A DNA stretch of 64,000 nt from Squalus acanthias (lineage: Eukaryota), in contig CM059431.1 of assembly GCA_030390025.1 (NCBI GenBank), positions 147,934,001 to 147,998,000 of the forward strand. The letters run 5' to 3'. The position numbers and the translations under genes were made by a program. Shown here in pieces: positions 51,954 through 64,000 of this stretch (positions are counted from its first letter, which is position 1; each line of letters begins with the position of its first letter). Under the pieces are notes generated by a model. It did not search any database, had not been told where the DNA came from, and saw only the letters and a list, made by a program, of their open reading frames with translations.

Positions 51954-54204
51954 AGGCAACTCTCAGGCTGCAATGTCTCCGCTTCTTCTCATCATTTAAT
52001 GAATTTTACAATTAGAGTAAAGGGTTATTTCCCCACATTCTTCAACTGCTCTCTGAACTTAGTCTGGGTCACGGCATAAATCCCAGTGTTTGTGCAGCAA
52101 CTCAGCAGCTGCAGCATCAATGCTATTTCCTGTACATAAAGAGGTAGAGATACAGAATGATACTCCGAATACCACAACCGGTTCCATAGAAATTCACCAT
52201 AAACATTGCCCATAACAAGATGAAATTGCCGGAGATAACAAGCAGTAAAATGATGGATTTCCTGCGGCTCTCCATCTCTGGGTCTCTGGGACTCTCCCCA
52301 CTGCTGGGACCCCGGAGTCTCCTGCGGGCTCTGCTGGCCACTAAAATGTGTCTGACGGTGACAGCATTGAGCAGCAGAATCACCACAAATGGTACGCCCG
52401 GGGTGAGAAGATAATGAACGAGCTCGATTGCTCCCCAGACCCGTGAAATCATCACAGTGTATGTTACCTCACAAAACCAGGGGGTAGTTCTGAAGCTGAT
52501 ACCGATCCGTCAACGAAAAATACCAGGCGATGTTCTTTAAACCGCTCAGCACAGTCACTGTTCCCAGAACCACAGCCGCCGTTTTCTCGGTGCAATATTT
52601 AGTTTTCAGCTTCTGGAGACAAATGGCCACAAATCGATCAAAGGTGAAAGTGACGGTGAACCAGACAAAACAGTCTGTGGCTGCATAAATCAGGACGGCG
52701 TGGATATTACACACGCTTTTGAATCGTAGGAATTGAAACTGTTCCCTATAAACAATCGGAATCTGCCTCAATATCAGGTCGAGGATAATAACCAGTAGAT
52801 CCGCCGCTGCCATGGCCACCAGGTAGCGAGTGACACATTTGGAGAGACCGCACCTTCCCCGAGACAGGATCACAATCGTCACTAAGTTCACTGTGAGAAA
52901 GGGAAATAAACAGGGAAATTAAAAATCAGGCTGCGAGCAAGAGCAGCAGTTTGATGGAAATCGGGGAGAAATATGCGAATCAATAGCGACATTAAATGAT
53001 ATAATCTAATTCTATTAACTGTGGAGCTGAATACAGGGTTTATTGTAAGAAAAATCGGGAATAAATTGTTGAATCAATAAATGAAAAGGTGATAAAAGCA
53101 ACAGGAATGTAGCCAATGTTTTATCAATGAGAGATTAAATGGTAGACCTGCCTTGAACCCAGCAGACAGAAGCTCCGCCCGAGGTACCGGGGACTCAAAG
53201 GACCAGAACCTCTCAGGAAGCCTTCGGTTCCCGGGATCAGTCAGCATTTGGAGAGTTGCAATACGCTTCAATGCCCCTTGTGTTAGGGAGGAGGAAATCC
53301 CGCTTGGACTCATGCGCCTGGTCAGAATATCCTTTATATTTGAGAACTGAAAATGAAAAGAACAGCAAAATACAGAAACTGCAATCTTGGCGTTCAATAA
53401 TTACAGGCAATTGTATTTAAAATGTACGGCTGTAATATGCAAATGCTAAGATAATTAATACAAGTGCACTGCAGTTATAAAGATAACCGGGCTGCAAGAA
53501 ATCTTTTGAAGATTGAGTTTTCTACATTTATGCTGAAATACACAAATTCTAGCTCATTGAAAGGAAGATTTTCCAAATATCATAAATAGTGGGAACAGAA
53601 TTAAAATAAATACTTATCATGGATCAAGTAATATCCGACTAAATGCATTTATTAGCATCATAATCAGGCGAATTATCCAACAGGCAATCTGATGCCGAAT
53701 GTATTTGAAAAGTATCTGAACACAAATGGAATAGATTTATCCTTGTACGTTTTCACCTGTTGGTTTCCAACTTGTGCAGAAAATATTAGTCGAGAAAATA
53801 TGAAAGGATTTTCTTACCCTCAGTACTTCAGTTATAATCAGCTGGGATTGTTTATCCTGCAGTACAGCAGGAGGCAATAGAGAATCACTCCGGGTCTCAC
53901 TGAGAGATCCACTGAACTGTGACAGACGGGCATGGGATCCAATTGTAAATTCAAAGCAAAGATTGGAAATAAACGCATTGAAATATGTCTGAGTGAACGT
54001 TTTTGAGAATGTAAATTATCCTTGTGATCCTTTTCTAACCATCAGAAGCAGTGCCACTAATGCAGAGCTGGAGATGGTGGGAAAGAAGACATTGAATGGA
54101 ACTGAATGATTCGCGGATATTTCAGACATATAAAGATGTGGGTGTGATCTGCCAGGATTTGTTCCTGTGACTCTGTGTCAGTAACCACGCCGAGCATTCA
54201 GTGA

Positions 54205-54340
54205 AAACAAAAGCAAATTACTGCGAATGTTGTAAATCTGAAATAAGCACAGAAAATGTTTTCAATACTCAGCAGGTCAGGCAGCATCTGTGGAGAGAGA
54301 GAGGGAAATAACTTTTCAGGTCGATGACCTTTCGCCATTT
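54205..54340 (-). mobile_element. Penelope pseudo-LTR fragment in GPCR intron
   Basis: cagcaggtcaggcagcatctgtggagagag...ttcaggtcgatgacctttcg matches 21368-21460; hammerhead core is degenerate. Confidence 0.75.
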
Positions 54341-54534
54341 GGTGAAAAGTCTCCTAAACCAAGACAACATTATTCTGATCTGTTACAAATGTGCAGTGGA
54401 GAGAACAGAATGAAATTCGTTAAATAAAGAGCATCGTCCAATATCGTTTCTTGAGTTGAATATCGAACTATTGAATCTTGGTAATACTGTAACACATTCA
54501 GAATCAATAGCCGAGAGCAGCGCGGATGGGATGG

Positions 54535-54935
54535 TGAATGACAAGGAGAGAAATACAGTAAAACATGATTTATAGAATGAATAGCTGGATACAGGCTCTT
54601 ACCAGGGACACCAACAGCAGCGAAGCGCGGGGGAATCAGTGACAAGAACAGTAATACAGTGAAACATGATTTACAGATTTAATAGTTGGATACAGGGACT
54701 TACCAGGGACACCAACAGTAGCGAAGCGCGGGGGAATCAGTGAAAAGAACAGTAAAACAGTGAAACATTATTTAAAGATTTAATAGTTGGATATAGAGAC
54801 TTACCAGGGACACCAAAGTAGTGAGGGATGAGGGGCGGGATAATTGACAAGCCCTTTAATACAGTTAAACATGATTTACAGTATTAATAGTTGGATACAG
54901 AGACTTACAAGGTGAATCAATAGCAGCGAGAATGC
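54535..54935 (-). repeat. ~101-bp tandem repeat of GPCR exon-1 3' end plus splice donor
   Basis: cttacca.ggacaccaacagcagcga-like units at 54598, 54699, 54800 and 54904 mirror the real junction at 55084. Confidence 0.85.
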
Positions 54936-55509
54936 GACTGACTTTTTAAACAACTCTTGTTTTAACAAAGATGCAACAACTTGAAAGACAGAATACAATT
55001 AAGAACTGAATTTGCCACGGTAAACAGCAATAATAATATTACAGTGTAACATGGTTTATAGAATTAATAACTGGACATAGATTCTTACTAGGAACACCAA
55101 CAGCAGCGAGGGGCGGATAGAAAATCTGTTGTATATCATTAACTATTGCCATCATCCGCTCCAGTTCAAGATCACTTTCCATAGAGCTGCCGGAACCCAT
55201 GCCTTCCCTCTGTAAGAGGCCGGTGGTCTTTGTGCGGGAGGCAGCGCGCTGATTGTGTGAGGTCACACAGCGAAGGGATCTCCTTATTTACAGCAGAGAA
55301 AAATCCCCGAGTGACATAATTAGGCCGAACTGTAACTGACATTAATTACAGTCACTGAACAAACAGACTCATTGAACCATTGTCACCACAACACTTCACT
55401 GCAACACAATCAGAAGTAGCTGAGTTTTCATCTTCTCTGGACAGAATTTTATACATTGCCAGAAATAGATTTAATTCCATTCGGGCTCAGTTTGAGGATC
55501 CAGTGAATA

Positions 55510-56240
55510 GCTGAGCCACACGGAGCAGGAAAGGCCCAGGCTCCATCCCCGGCCTGTGCCGAATGATTCAGATCTCACCTGGTGTGGTGCTGATCCCCAC
55601 AAACACAAAGCATTGAAGGCCCAGGTTACAACCTCGACCTGTGCTGTGTTAGCCTGATCTCACACACGGTGTGGTACTGAGCCCACACACACACACACAC
55701 AAAGCATGGAAGGTCCAGGCTAAAACGTCGGCCTGTGCTAAGTGAATCTAATCTGACACCCGGTGTGATACTGAGCCCCAGACACATAGAGCAAGAAAGG
55801 CCCAGGCTCCATCCTCGGGCTGTGCTGAATGAGCTGATCTCACACCCGGTGTGGTACTGAGCTCCTCACACACAGAGAAGGAAAGGCCCAGGCTCCATCC
55901 CCGGCCTGTGTTCAGTGACTCTAATCCGACATCCGGTGTGGTCCTGAGCTCCACATACACAGACAGAGCAGGAAAGGAAAGGCTCCATCCCCGGACTGTG
56001 GTAACTGATACTAATCCCACACCCTGTGTGGTCCTGAGCCCCCCACACACAGACAGAGCAGGAAAGGAAAGGCTCCATCCCCGGTCAATGCTGAGTGAGC
56101 TGATCTCACACCCGGTGTGGTAACGAGCCCCACCCACAGAGCAGGAATTGCCCAGGCTCCATTCCCGGCCTGAGCTGTGTCAGCCTTATGTCATCCAGTG
56201 TGGTACTGCGCCCCTCACACACACACAGAGCAGGAAGTTC
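55510..56240 (+). repeat. ~80-bp tandem repeat, same family as 1-330
   Basis: gagcaggaaaggcccaggctccatccccggcctgtg...gatctcacacccggtgtggtactgagcc, about 8-9 units. Confidence 0.85.
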
Positions 56241-56959
56241 CAAAGCGAGAGTTGGGCAGCAAAATCGTCTAGCATTCTTATTCTGCTGTTAGAATCTAGG
56301 GGTGCCTAAAATATTTATGGTTATGCGAATGAAGCTGTGACAGGATAATACTGTGTTTCAATGCTGTATGTTTTTACTGCAGCCATGTAAGGGTTTAATG
56401 TATCGGTTGTGTCTTACTGGAACTGCACAAGTCTTGATTTCCTCACAATCTTGTATTAGACTTTGAGACAGTGTTTTTAGTTACTCAGATTAGATGATGC
56501 ATAACATCCCACATAGGACACACAGCATGAACTTGCCTCCCAGGATTAGCTGTCTGTTGTTTGTAAGTTAGGATTTTGACACCGCAGCCCAATCCCCACT
56601 CCACCCCTCCCACTGCACCTCCATTCCACTGCTCCCCACCCATACCCCACACTCGGCACACCCTACACCCCACACAATGCAGCCCTACCCCCACCCACTA
56701 CACCCCTACCCCCAACCCACCGCACCCCACCCCACCCTTGACAAGCCCTGATCTTCCGGTGGTGTTCATTTATTTCTTCCTATCTTGCTCCGCATTTTCA
56801 TCTTTCAACTTCAGCGGGAGCCTCTTTCACGGGAAGTGGTCTTTCTTCATATCTCGTACCTGGGAACGGAAGCAAATCACCCGGTGAGGAGTCAGGTACG
56901 CTACAGAGAGATCTCAGTTACACTGTACCATAGCAGGGAGTCGAAGGAACCGTTTCCGA

Positions 56960-57200
56960 GCCCCTAACATAAAGAGAATCCCCTCCCCTTAACACAGGCC
57001 TCTTTACCTAAGGAGAGACAAACTTGCCTTTGAGGGAGTGCAGCGAAGGTTCACTAGATTGGTTCCTGGGATGGGGGGATTGTCCTTTGAGGAGAGATTG
57101 AGTAGACACGACCTATATTCCCTCGAATTTTGAAGAATGAGAGGAGATCTCACTGAAAATTTTCAAATTCTTACAGGGCTTGACAGAGTAGATGCTCGGA
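56960..57200 (+). mobile_element. CR1 RT C-terminal fragment
   Basis: gagggagtgcagcgaaggttcactagattg...agaatgagaggagatctc. Confidence 0.75.
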
Positions 57201-58059
57201 AGATCTTAGACTCAAAGATTGATAGAGCACAGAAGGAGGCCATTCGGCCAATCGAACCTGTGCCGGCTCTTTGAAAGAGCTCTCAGTTTGCATGTGGTCC
57301 TCGATTAATTCAGCTTCCGAAAGTTGTTCATGTTTAGTTCATTGAATATGGGAAAAAGTGGTTGACATCATTGGCGAGAAAGAGAGAGAGAGAGAGATAC
57401 AGACTTCACTTAGCAACAGACAGTGTTGAAGATTGCAGTCGGGTCTTGCGATGTTTATAGTATTGCCAGACTGTAAACATCCCACCACACACCATTGCAG
57501 TTTTTGCGAGAAGATGTTGAAGTAGAAGCCGATTGAAGGATGGTACATTGAATGTAAACGTCGAATTCTGATGTAGGAGAAATGTAAACTTGTGTGCATC
57601 GGTTGAAGGACGGTGCTTTTGACCGGAGATTACCCGATCAGGCAATGCTGCTTCCAGTTTAATAAAGATAATAATGTATCAATAGAAGTTGTTTTCCATG
57701 TTCAAGCAGCACGAGAAGGGATGCATGCCTCCATTAGCGTGCTCTATCTGTGACTATACTCCAGTTTAAATTGCTTTTTATGTGAAGTTAAAGAATAAAA
57801 TGATATAACCAGAAGACTGAATTCGGTAATGCTCAAGTGGACAACAGAAGGTTGTTTGAAACAACACAGGGGAGACAGCACGAGAGACAGAGCGGGAGCG
57901 GGAGAAGGACGGGGGGAGAGACTGTTGGAGACAGACCGGGAGAGATAGAGAGAGAGCGAGACAGATGCTGGGTGTGGTGAAAGAGAGAGAGAGTGACAGA
58001 CCGGCGGCGGGAAGCGGGGTGCAGGAGGAGCGGCGGTGAGTCAGACGCTGGATGACATA

Positions 58060-58395
58060 TAGACACCCTCAATGCCTCCTTGAAAAAGTGCAACATTCCC
58101 ACTGACACCTGGGAATCCCTGGCCCAAAACCCCACAAAGTGGCTGAGAAGCATCCGGGATGGAGCCGAACACCTTGAGTCTCTTCACCGGGAGCAAGCAG
58201 AAGCCAAGCGCAGGCAATGCAAGGAGTGCACGTCAACCAAAGCGCCCCACCCCGCATGCCCTTCAATCACCGTCTGCCCCACCTGTGACAGAGACTGTAG
58301 GTCACGCATTGGACACATCAGTCACCTGAGAACTAATTTTTAACTTGGAAGCAAGTCATCCTCGGTTTTGAGGGACTGCCTAAGAAGAAAAGAAG
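58060..58395 (+). mobile_element. RTE-clade LINE 3' end
   Basis: LKKCNIPTDTWESLAQ...KW...CPTCDRDCRSRIGHISHLRT zinc finger, 3' hairpin and (aag)n tail. Confidence 0.8.
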
Positions 58396-59094
58396 ACATA
58401 TAGAAAGACCGACAGGAGTTGGACAGAGAGAGATTGACAGACGGAGGGAACAGACGGTGGGGGAGACAGGAGGAGAAAACAAGTGAGTCAGATGGAGAGA
58501 CAACCGTTGAAGGGAGACAGTGTGAGAGAGAGAGAGAGAGAGAGAGACAGACGAGGAAACAGACGGGCAGACTGATGCGGAGACAAAGCGAGAGAGACGG
58601 ATGGTGTTGAGACAGAAGGAATGAGACACAGAGAGCGAGATGGACGGTGGTGGGGGATACAGACGGGGCTGAGAAACCGGGGATACAGATGTAGGGAGAC
58701 ACATAGTGAGACAGACGGAGTGGAAAGAGAGAGATTGAGACAGACGGAAGGGAGAGTGAGAGGAGAGACATTAGGGGAGAAGGAAAGAGATCAGACGGGT
58801 TTGATACAGCAAAGATAGACAGGCGGGAAGAGAGACGGGGGAGACAGACGGGGAGAGAGATGGGGAGACTGACCAACGGGGGAGACTGATGGGGGAGACC
58901 GACGCTGGAGAGGTAGAGAGAGCGGGAGACAGAACCCGGGGCAGGATAAGGATGGGGAGAGAGATTGATGGACTAAAGGGAGTACACAGAATGGGGGAGA
59001 CAGAGAGAGACAGCTGGGGGAGAGACAGACTGGGATAACAGAGGAAAAGTGGCATAATGTGGAGACAGAGAGAGAGAGAGAGAGACATACTGTG

Positions 59095-59125
<31 letters not shown>

Positions 59126-60320
59126 GGGGAAAGTGACAGACTGTGGAGACAGAGAGAGAGAGAGAGAGAGACTGTGGAGACAGAGAGAGAGAGAGAGAGA
59201 GTCTGTGGAGACAGGGAAAGTGACAGAATGTGGAGACATAAAGAGAGAGAGAGAGAATGTGGAGACAGAGAGAGAGAGAGAGACTGTGGAGACAGAGAGA
59301 GAGAGAGAGACAGACTGGGGGAGACAGAGAGAGACAGCTGGGGAGAGACAGATTGTGAAGACAGAGAGAAAGAGACAGAAAGTGGAGACAGAGAGAGAGA
59401 GCGAGAGAGAATGTGGAGACAGAGAGAGTGCGGCAGACGAGGAAACAAGGAGAGAGAGATAGACGAGGTATATAGATGTGCAGAGACAGAGAGAGAGAGA
59501 GCAGGGGTAACTGATGGGGTGGAGACAGACGAGGAGGACTGGTGAGGGAGTCAGAGAGTAAGAGAGAGACTGGGGGAGAGAGATGGGGAGGAGACAAATT
59601 GTGGGTGACACAGAGAGAGACAGATGGGGGAGACAGACAGGAGGAGGCAGAAGGGAAGACAGACGGAAGGGAGACAAAGCGTGAGGGAGATGAGGGACAG
59701 ACGGGAGAAAGAAAGAGATCAGATGGGGTTGAGACCGATAGAGATAGACAGACGTGGAAACAGACGGTGAGGGGAGAGAAGGAAAGACAGACCAGCAGGG
59801 TAGACTGATGGGGGGAGACAGACGGGGTGAAACAGAGAGAGAGAGAAAGATGGGGCAGACAGATGGCGGAGAGACAGATAGAGAACAGACGGGGTGATGA
59901 CACAAAGGGAGCGGCAGACGTGGTGAGAAAGACGCGGGAGAGAAAGAAAGAGCGAGAGACAGACCCGGGGTGGTTTAGAGACGGGGGAGAGACATTGATG
60001 AAGATAGATAGGGTTACACAAACGGGGCAGACAGAGAGCGAGACAGACGGGGAGAAGGGGAGACAGACGGAGAAGACGGAGATAGAGAAAGAGACAAACA
60101 CGAGAGACAGGTAAAAAGACAGACTGGGTGATTCAGACGGGGAGACAGATGGGTAGACACAGAGATGAATAGACAGATGGAGCGACAAAGAGAGAGACAG
60201 ACTGACACGGAGACAGACAGCTCGGCGACGGATGGGGAGAGAGACGGGGATAAAGGTGAGGGAGACAGGCGGGGTAGACAGCGAGAGAGAGAGACAAAAG
60301 CAGCAGACACAGAAAGAGAC
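58396..60320 (+). repeat. GA-rich low-complexity / compound microsatellite
   Basis: (GA)n and GAGACAGA runs throughout. Confidence 0.9.
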
Positions 60321-60321
60321 G

Positions 60322-60627
60322 GACTTGGGAGTCACAGTCTCAGAATAAGGCATCGGCCATTTAAGATTGAGATGAGGAGAAATTTCTTCATACAGAAGGT
60401 GGTGAATCTTTGGAATTTTCTACCCCAGTGGGCTGTGGAGGCTCAGTCGTTGAGTATATTCAAGACAGAGATCGATATATTTTTGAATATTAATGCTATC
60501 AAGGGTAATGGGGATAATGCAGGAAAGTGGAGATGAGGTAGAAGATCAGCCATGATCTTATTTAAGGGCGGAGCAGGCTCGAAGGGCGAGATGACCAACT
60601 CCTGCTCCTATTTCTTATGTTCTTATG
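60322..60627 (+). mobile_element. CR1 3' end with (ttcttatg) tail
   Basis: HSLRIR..PFKIEMRRNFF..KVVNLWN; tail at 60611-60627. Confidence 0.9.
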
Positions 60628-60629
60628 AA

Positions 60630-61280
60630 CAAGGTAGACAGGTGTGAAAAATAATTTTAAAAGCGAATGAAATATACTCCTTCACCTCAAGGGGACTGGA
60701 ATACAAAGGGTTGGCAGTTTCCTTACAGTTCTTTGGTCTCTGATTACTCCCCATCTGGAGCATTGCGTTCAATTCTGGACACTTCACCTCAGCAAGAATA
60801 TATTGGTCTCGGAGCGGGTGCAGCGTAGATTTGGCAGAATGATACCGGGGCTTAGAGGGTTAAATGATGAGAACAGATTGTACGGACTAGGCTTGTATTA
60901 CCTCGAATATAGAAGTGGAATAAAGGGTGATCTAATGGAGGATTTGAAGATAATTAAAGGAGTTGATATGTTAGATAGAGAAACTATCTCCTCTGGTGAG
61001 TGAGTCCAGAACAAGGGGACATAGAGTTAAATATAGAGCTAGGCAATTCAGGGGTAATGCTGGGCAGCATTTCTTCACACAAAGGGTAGTGGAAATTTGC
61101 AACCGTCTCCCCCTAAAATGCTGTTGAAGCTGGGGCTCAAGTGAAAGTTTCAAAACTTAGATTGATAGATTTATTTTCGGCAGGTTATTAAGGGATATAG
61201 AGTTAAGATACAGATCAGCCATGATGTAATTGAATTGGGAACTGTCTGGAGGGGCTGAATGGCATTCTCCTGTTTCTGTA
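60630..61280 (+). mobile_element. Older CR1 3' fragment
   Basis: ERVQRRFGRMIPGLRGL; TRGH-like motif; degenerate 3'UTR. Confidence 0.8.
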
Positions 61281-61904
61281 AATGTAGACAACTACTTAAC
61301 ATCAGAGGAGGAAGGCAAACAATCCCATCACTGCGCATCACCCACACATCCTCTTCTCTGGGTCGTAGCCATATGGAAACCTCTTGTTGTATTCTAGCAC
61401 ATCAAGGATATGCAACCTCAGTGAAGCCCAGGGGCTTTGCCAAACACTGTTTCATCAAAGTGAGGCCCCTTTAAGGGAACGGGTCAAACCGTGAGTTCAT
61501 AGAGCAAGCCTCACCCTCACACTGAGCATCACAGTGAGATCAGACATCACAATCAGGTTGTAAACTGGGCAGTTTGAGGCAGGAGGCTGCACAACCAGTT
61601 TAATTGAAGGGAAGGGAACGGCACTGACTGTGACTAACTGGCTGATCTATTTTGGGTGATTGTGGTCAGTTGAATATCGAAACCGGTTTACTTTTTGAAG
61701 GGAGTGTTAGCAATGGAAATATCGCTCGCCAGCTGACACTCAGAAGGTTGTTGCTGTAGCAGGTTTGTTTAGAGCTGAAGTTCCAGCCACATAATTCCCT
61801 GTGGAGGATCACAGTGAGTAACATTAAATCCGCTGTAGTGACCGTGCAGATATAATGGCATAAGACCTGGAAACTTAACTGACGAAGGTCAGAGCATGTG
61901 TTGG

Positions 61905-64000
61905 CAGGGTGTGGGAGAGTGGGAGGAGCTGAGTGTGGGGAAAAAGTGGGTGGGGCTGGCGGGAGAGAGTAGGGGGGCGGGGAGAGTGGGAGGGGCTTGA
62001 TGGGGATATACTGGGAGGGGCTGGCTGGGGTTTGAGTGGAAGTTGCTGGGTGGTGTTACGTGGGAGGGTCTGGGTGGGGGAGAGTGGGATAGTTGGGTCG
62101 GGAGATTGGGAGGGTTTGGGTAGGGTTAGACTGCGGGGGGCAGGGTGGGATGAGAGTCGGATAGGCTAGTGGGGGAGAGTGTGATGGGCTGGGAGGGTTA
62201 GATTGGGAGGGGCTGTGTGGGGAAGAGTGGGAGGGTTTGTGTGGGGTGGGAGTGGGAGGGCCTGGTTGGGGAAGATTGGGTGGGACTGTGTGGGGAAGAG
62301 TGGGAGCGGCTGGGTGGGGAAGCATGGGAGAGGATGGCTGGGGTTGCGTGGAAGGGGTTTTTGGGGCAGAATTGGGAGGGGCTCAGTGGAGTTAGATTGG
62401 GATGTTTTGTGTGGGGATGGAGTGGGTGGTGCTGGGTGGGGGGGGAATGGGAGGGGCTGGGTGGGGAAGAGTGGGAGGGGCTGTTTGGGGAAGAGTGGGA
62501 GGGGCTGTTTGTGGGGAGAGTGGGAGGGACTGGGTGGGGAAGAGTGGGAGGGGCTGGGCGTGGTGAGAGTGGGAGGGGCTGGGCGTGGGGAGAGTGGGAA
62601 GGGCTGGGTGGGGCGAGTGGGAGGGGCTGGGTTTGGGGTTATAGTACGAGGGGCTGTGTATGGGGAGAGTGAGAGGGGCTAGGTGGTGTTAGAGCGTTAT
62701 GTGATCGGTGGGGTAGGGTGGGATGTGCTGTGTAGGAGGAGAGTGGTGTGGGATGGGTGGGGACCGAGTTGGAGGTGCTGGATTGGGGAGAGTGGGAAGG
62801 GATGGGTGGGGCAGAGTTGGTGGGGCTGGGTATGTTTAGAATGGGAGGGCCTGGGTGGTGTTAGAGTGGTATAGAATAAGTGGGGGAGAGTGGGAGGTGC
62901 TGGGTGGGGGAGAGTGGGATGGGATGGGTGGAGTAGAATGTGAGGGGCTGTGTGGGGTTGTGTGAGAGGGGCTGGGTGGGGTAGAGTGTGAGGGGCTGGG
63001 TGCAGGGAGAGTACGAAGGGCTGGGTGGGGTAGAGTGTGAGGGGCTGCGTGTGGGGAGAGTACGAGGGGCTGCGTGTGGGGAGGGTACGAGTGGCTGTGT
63101 GGGTTTGAGTGGGAGGGGCTGGGTCTGGTTATAGTAGCAGGGGCTGGGTGGGATTAGAGTGGGAGGGCAGCGTGTGGTTAGAGAGGGAGGTGCTGAGTGG
63201 GCTGAGAGTGGGAGGGCCTGGTTGGCGTTAGAGTGGGAGGGGCTGCGTGTGTATGGAGTGTTGGGTTCTGTGTGGGTTTGGTGTGAGAGTGGCTTTTTGG
63301 TGTTGTAGTGGGTGGGGTTGGATGAGGTTGGAGTTTGAGTGGCTGCGTGGGAAAATTGGGGGCGCTGGGTTGGGTAGAGTGGTAGGGACTGGGTGAGGTA
63401 GGAGTGCATGGGGCTGTGTGGGTTGGAGTGGGTGAGTATGTGTGGGGTTAGAGTAGAAGGGGCTGGGTGATTTTGGAGTGGGAGAGATAGGTTGAGAAAG
63501 AGTGGGAGGGGCTGGGTGGGGTTAGATTGGCAGGGTCTGTGTGGGGTTGGAGCGGGAGGGGCTGGGTGGGGTTAGGGTGACAGGGGCTGGGTGTTGGAGA
63601 GTGGGTAGGACAGGATGTGTGAGGCTGGGAGGGGTTGGTTGGTGTTGCATTTGGCCGGGCTGGGTATAGTAAAAGTGGCAGGGGCTGGGTGGGGCAGAGT
63701 GGGTGCGGCTGGGTGGTGTTAGAGTGGCAGTTGCTGTGTGGTGGATAGTGGGTGGGTCAGGATGGGGGTTGGAGTGGGAGTGGCTGGTTTGGATTAGACT
63801 GGTAGAAGCTGGGTGTGGTAGAGTGGGAGTGACTGGGTGGGGGAGAGTGGGAGGGGCTGGGTGGGGTTAGATTGGGAGGGGCTGATGTGTTTTAAAGTGG
63901 AAGGGGCTTTGTGGGGGAGAGTGGGAGCGGTTGGGTGAGGGAGAATTATAGGGGCTCAGTGGGGGAGAGTGGAAGGTGCTGGTTGGGGGAAGAGTAGGAG
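61905..64000 (+). repeat. G-rich ~24-bp degenerate minisatellite (gagtgggaggggctgggtgggga)n
   Basis: Visible units with four G3+ tracts each; runs off the window end. Confidence 0.9.

Larger units (their letters stand above)
51992..55200 (-). pseudogene. GPR139/GPR142-like GPCR, 2 exons (~55200-55089, 52890-51992), disrupted
   Basis: Exon 1 ...DIQQIFYPPLAAVGVP|gtaag; acceptor ccctttctcacag|; NLVTIVILSRGRCGLSKC, AMAAADLL, FDRF, NTGIY. +1 frameshift at ~52482 (G5 run), -1 frameshift at ~52190, TAA at 52025-52027 shortly before the natural TGA. Confidence 0.87.

Noticed and set aside
58333..60353. Long Ser/Leu and Glu/Arg ORFs (up to 520 aa)
   Set aside because: Translations of GA/TC low-complexity sequence.

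Overview
Eukaryotic, very repeat-rich DNA, most likely from a cartilaginous fish (HE1-SINE/HER1-like repeats, CR1 LINEs, shark-type GPR139-like receptors; this is inference). About a third of the window is minisatellite (at least 8 distinct families of roughly 24-82 bp) and there is one 200-N gap. Host genes are two convergent two-exon GPR139/GPR142-like rhodopsin-class GPCRs: one intact (+, 33150-34576, 326 aa) and one disrupted (-, 51992-55200). Mobile DNA includes several decayed CR1 LINEs and a Penelope retroelement with inverted pseudo-LTRs, a 17-bp target-site duplication (TSD) and minimal hammerhead ribozymes. There are also two ~4.2-kb PIF/Harbinger transposons in inverted orientation 730 bp apart, each with an intact 3-exon Myb/SANT gene and a transposase broken at a different site, plus related MITEs. 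A 1.6-kb single-frame relic of a probable viral F-type envelope glycoprotein lies at 16843-18447 (-). Most ORFs in the supplied track are artefacts of repeats. All family assignments come from motif recognition by eye; no searches were run.
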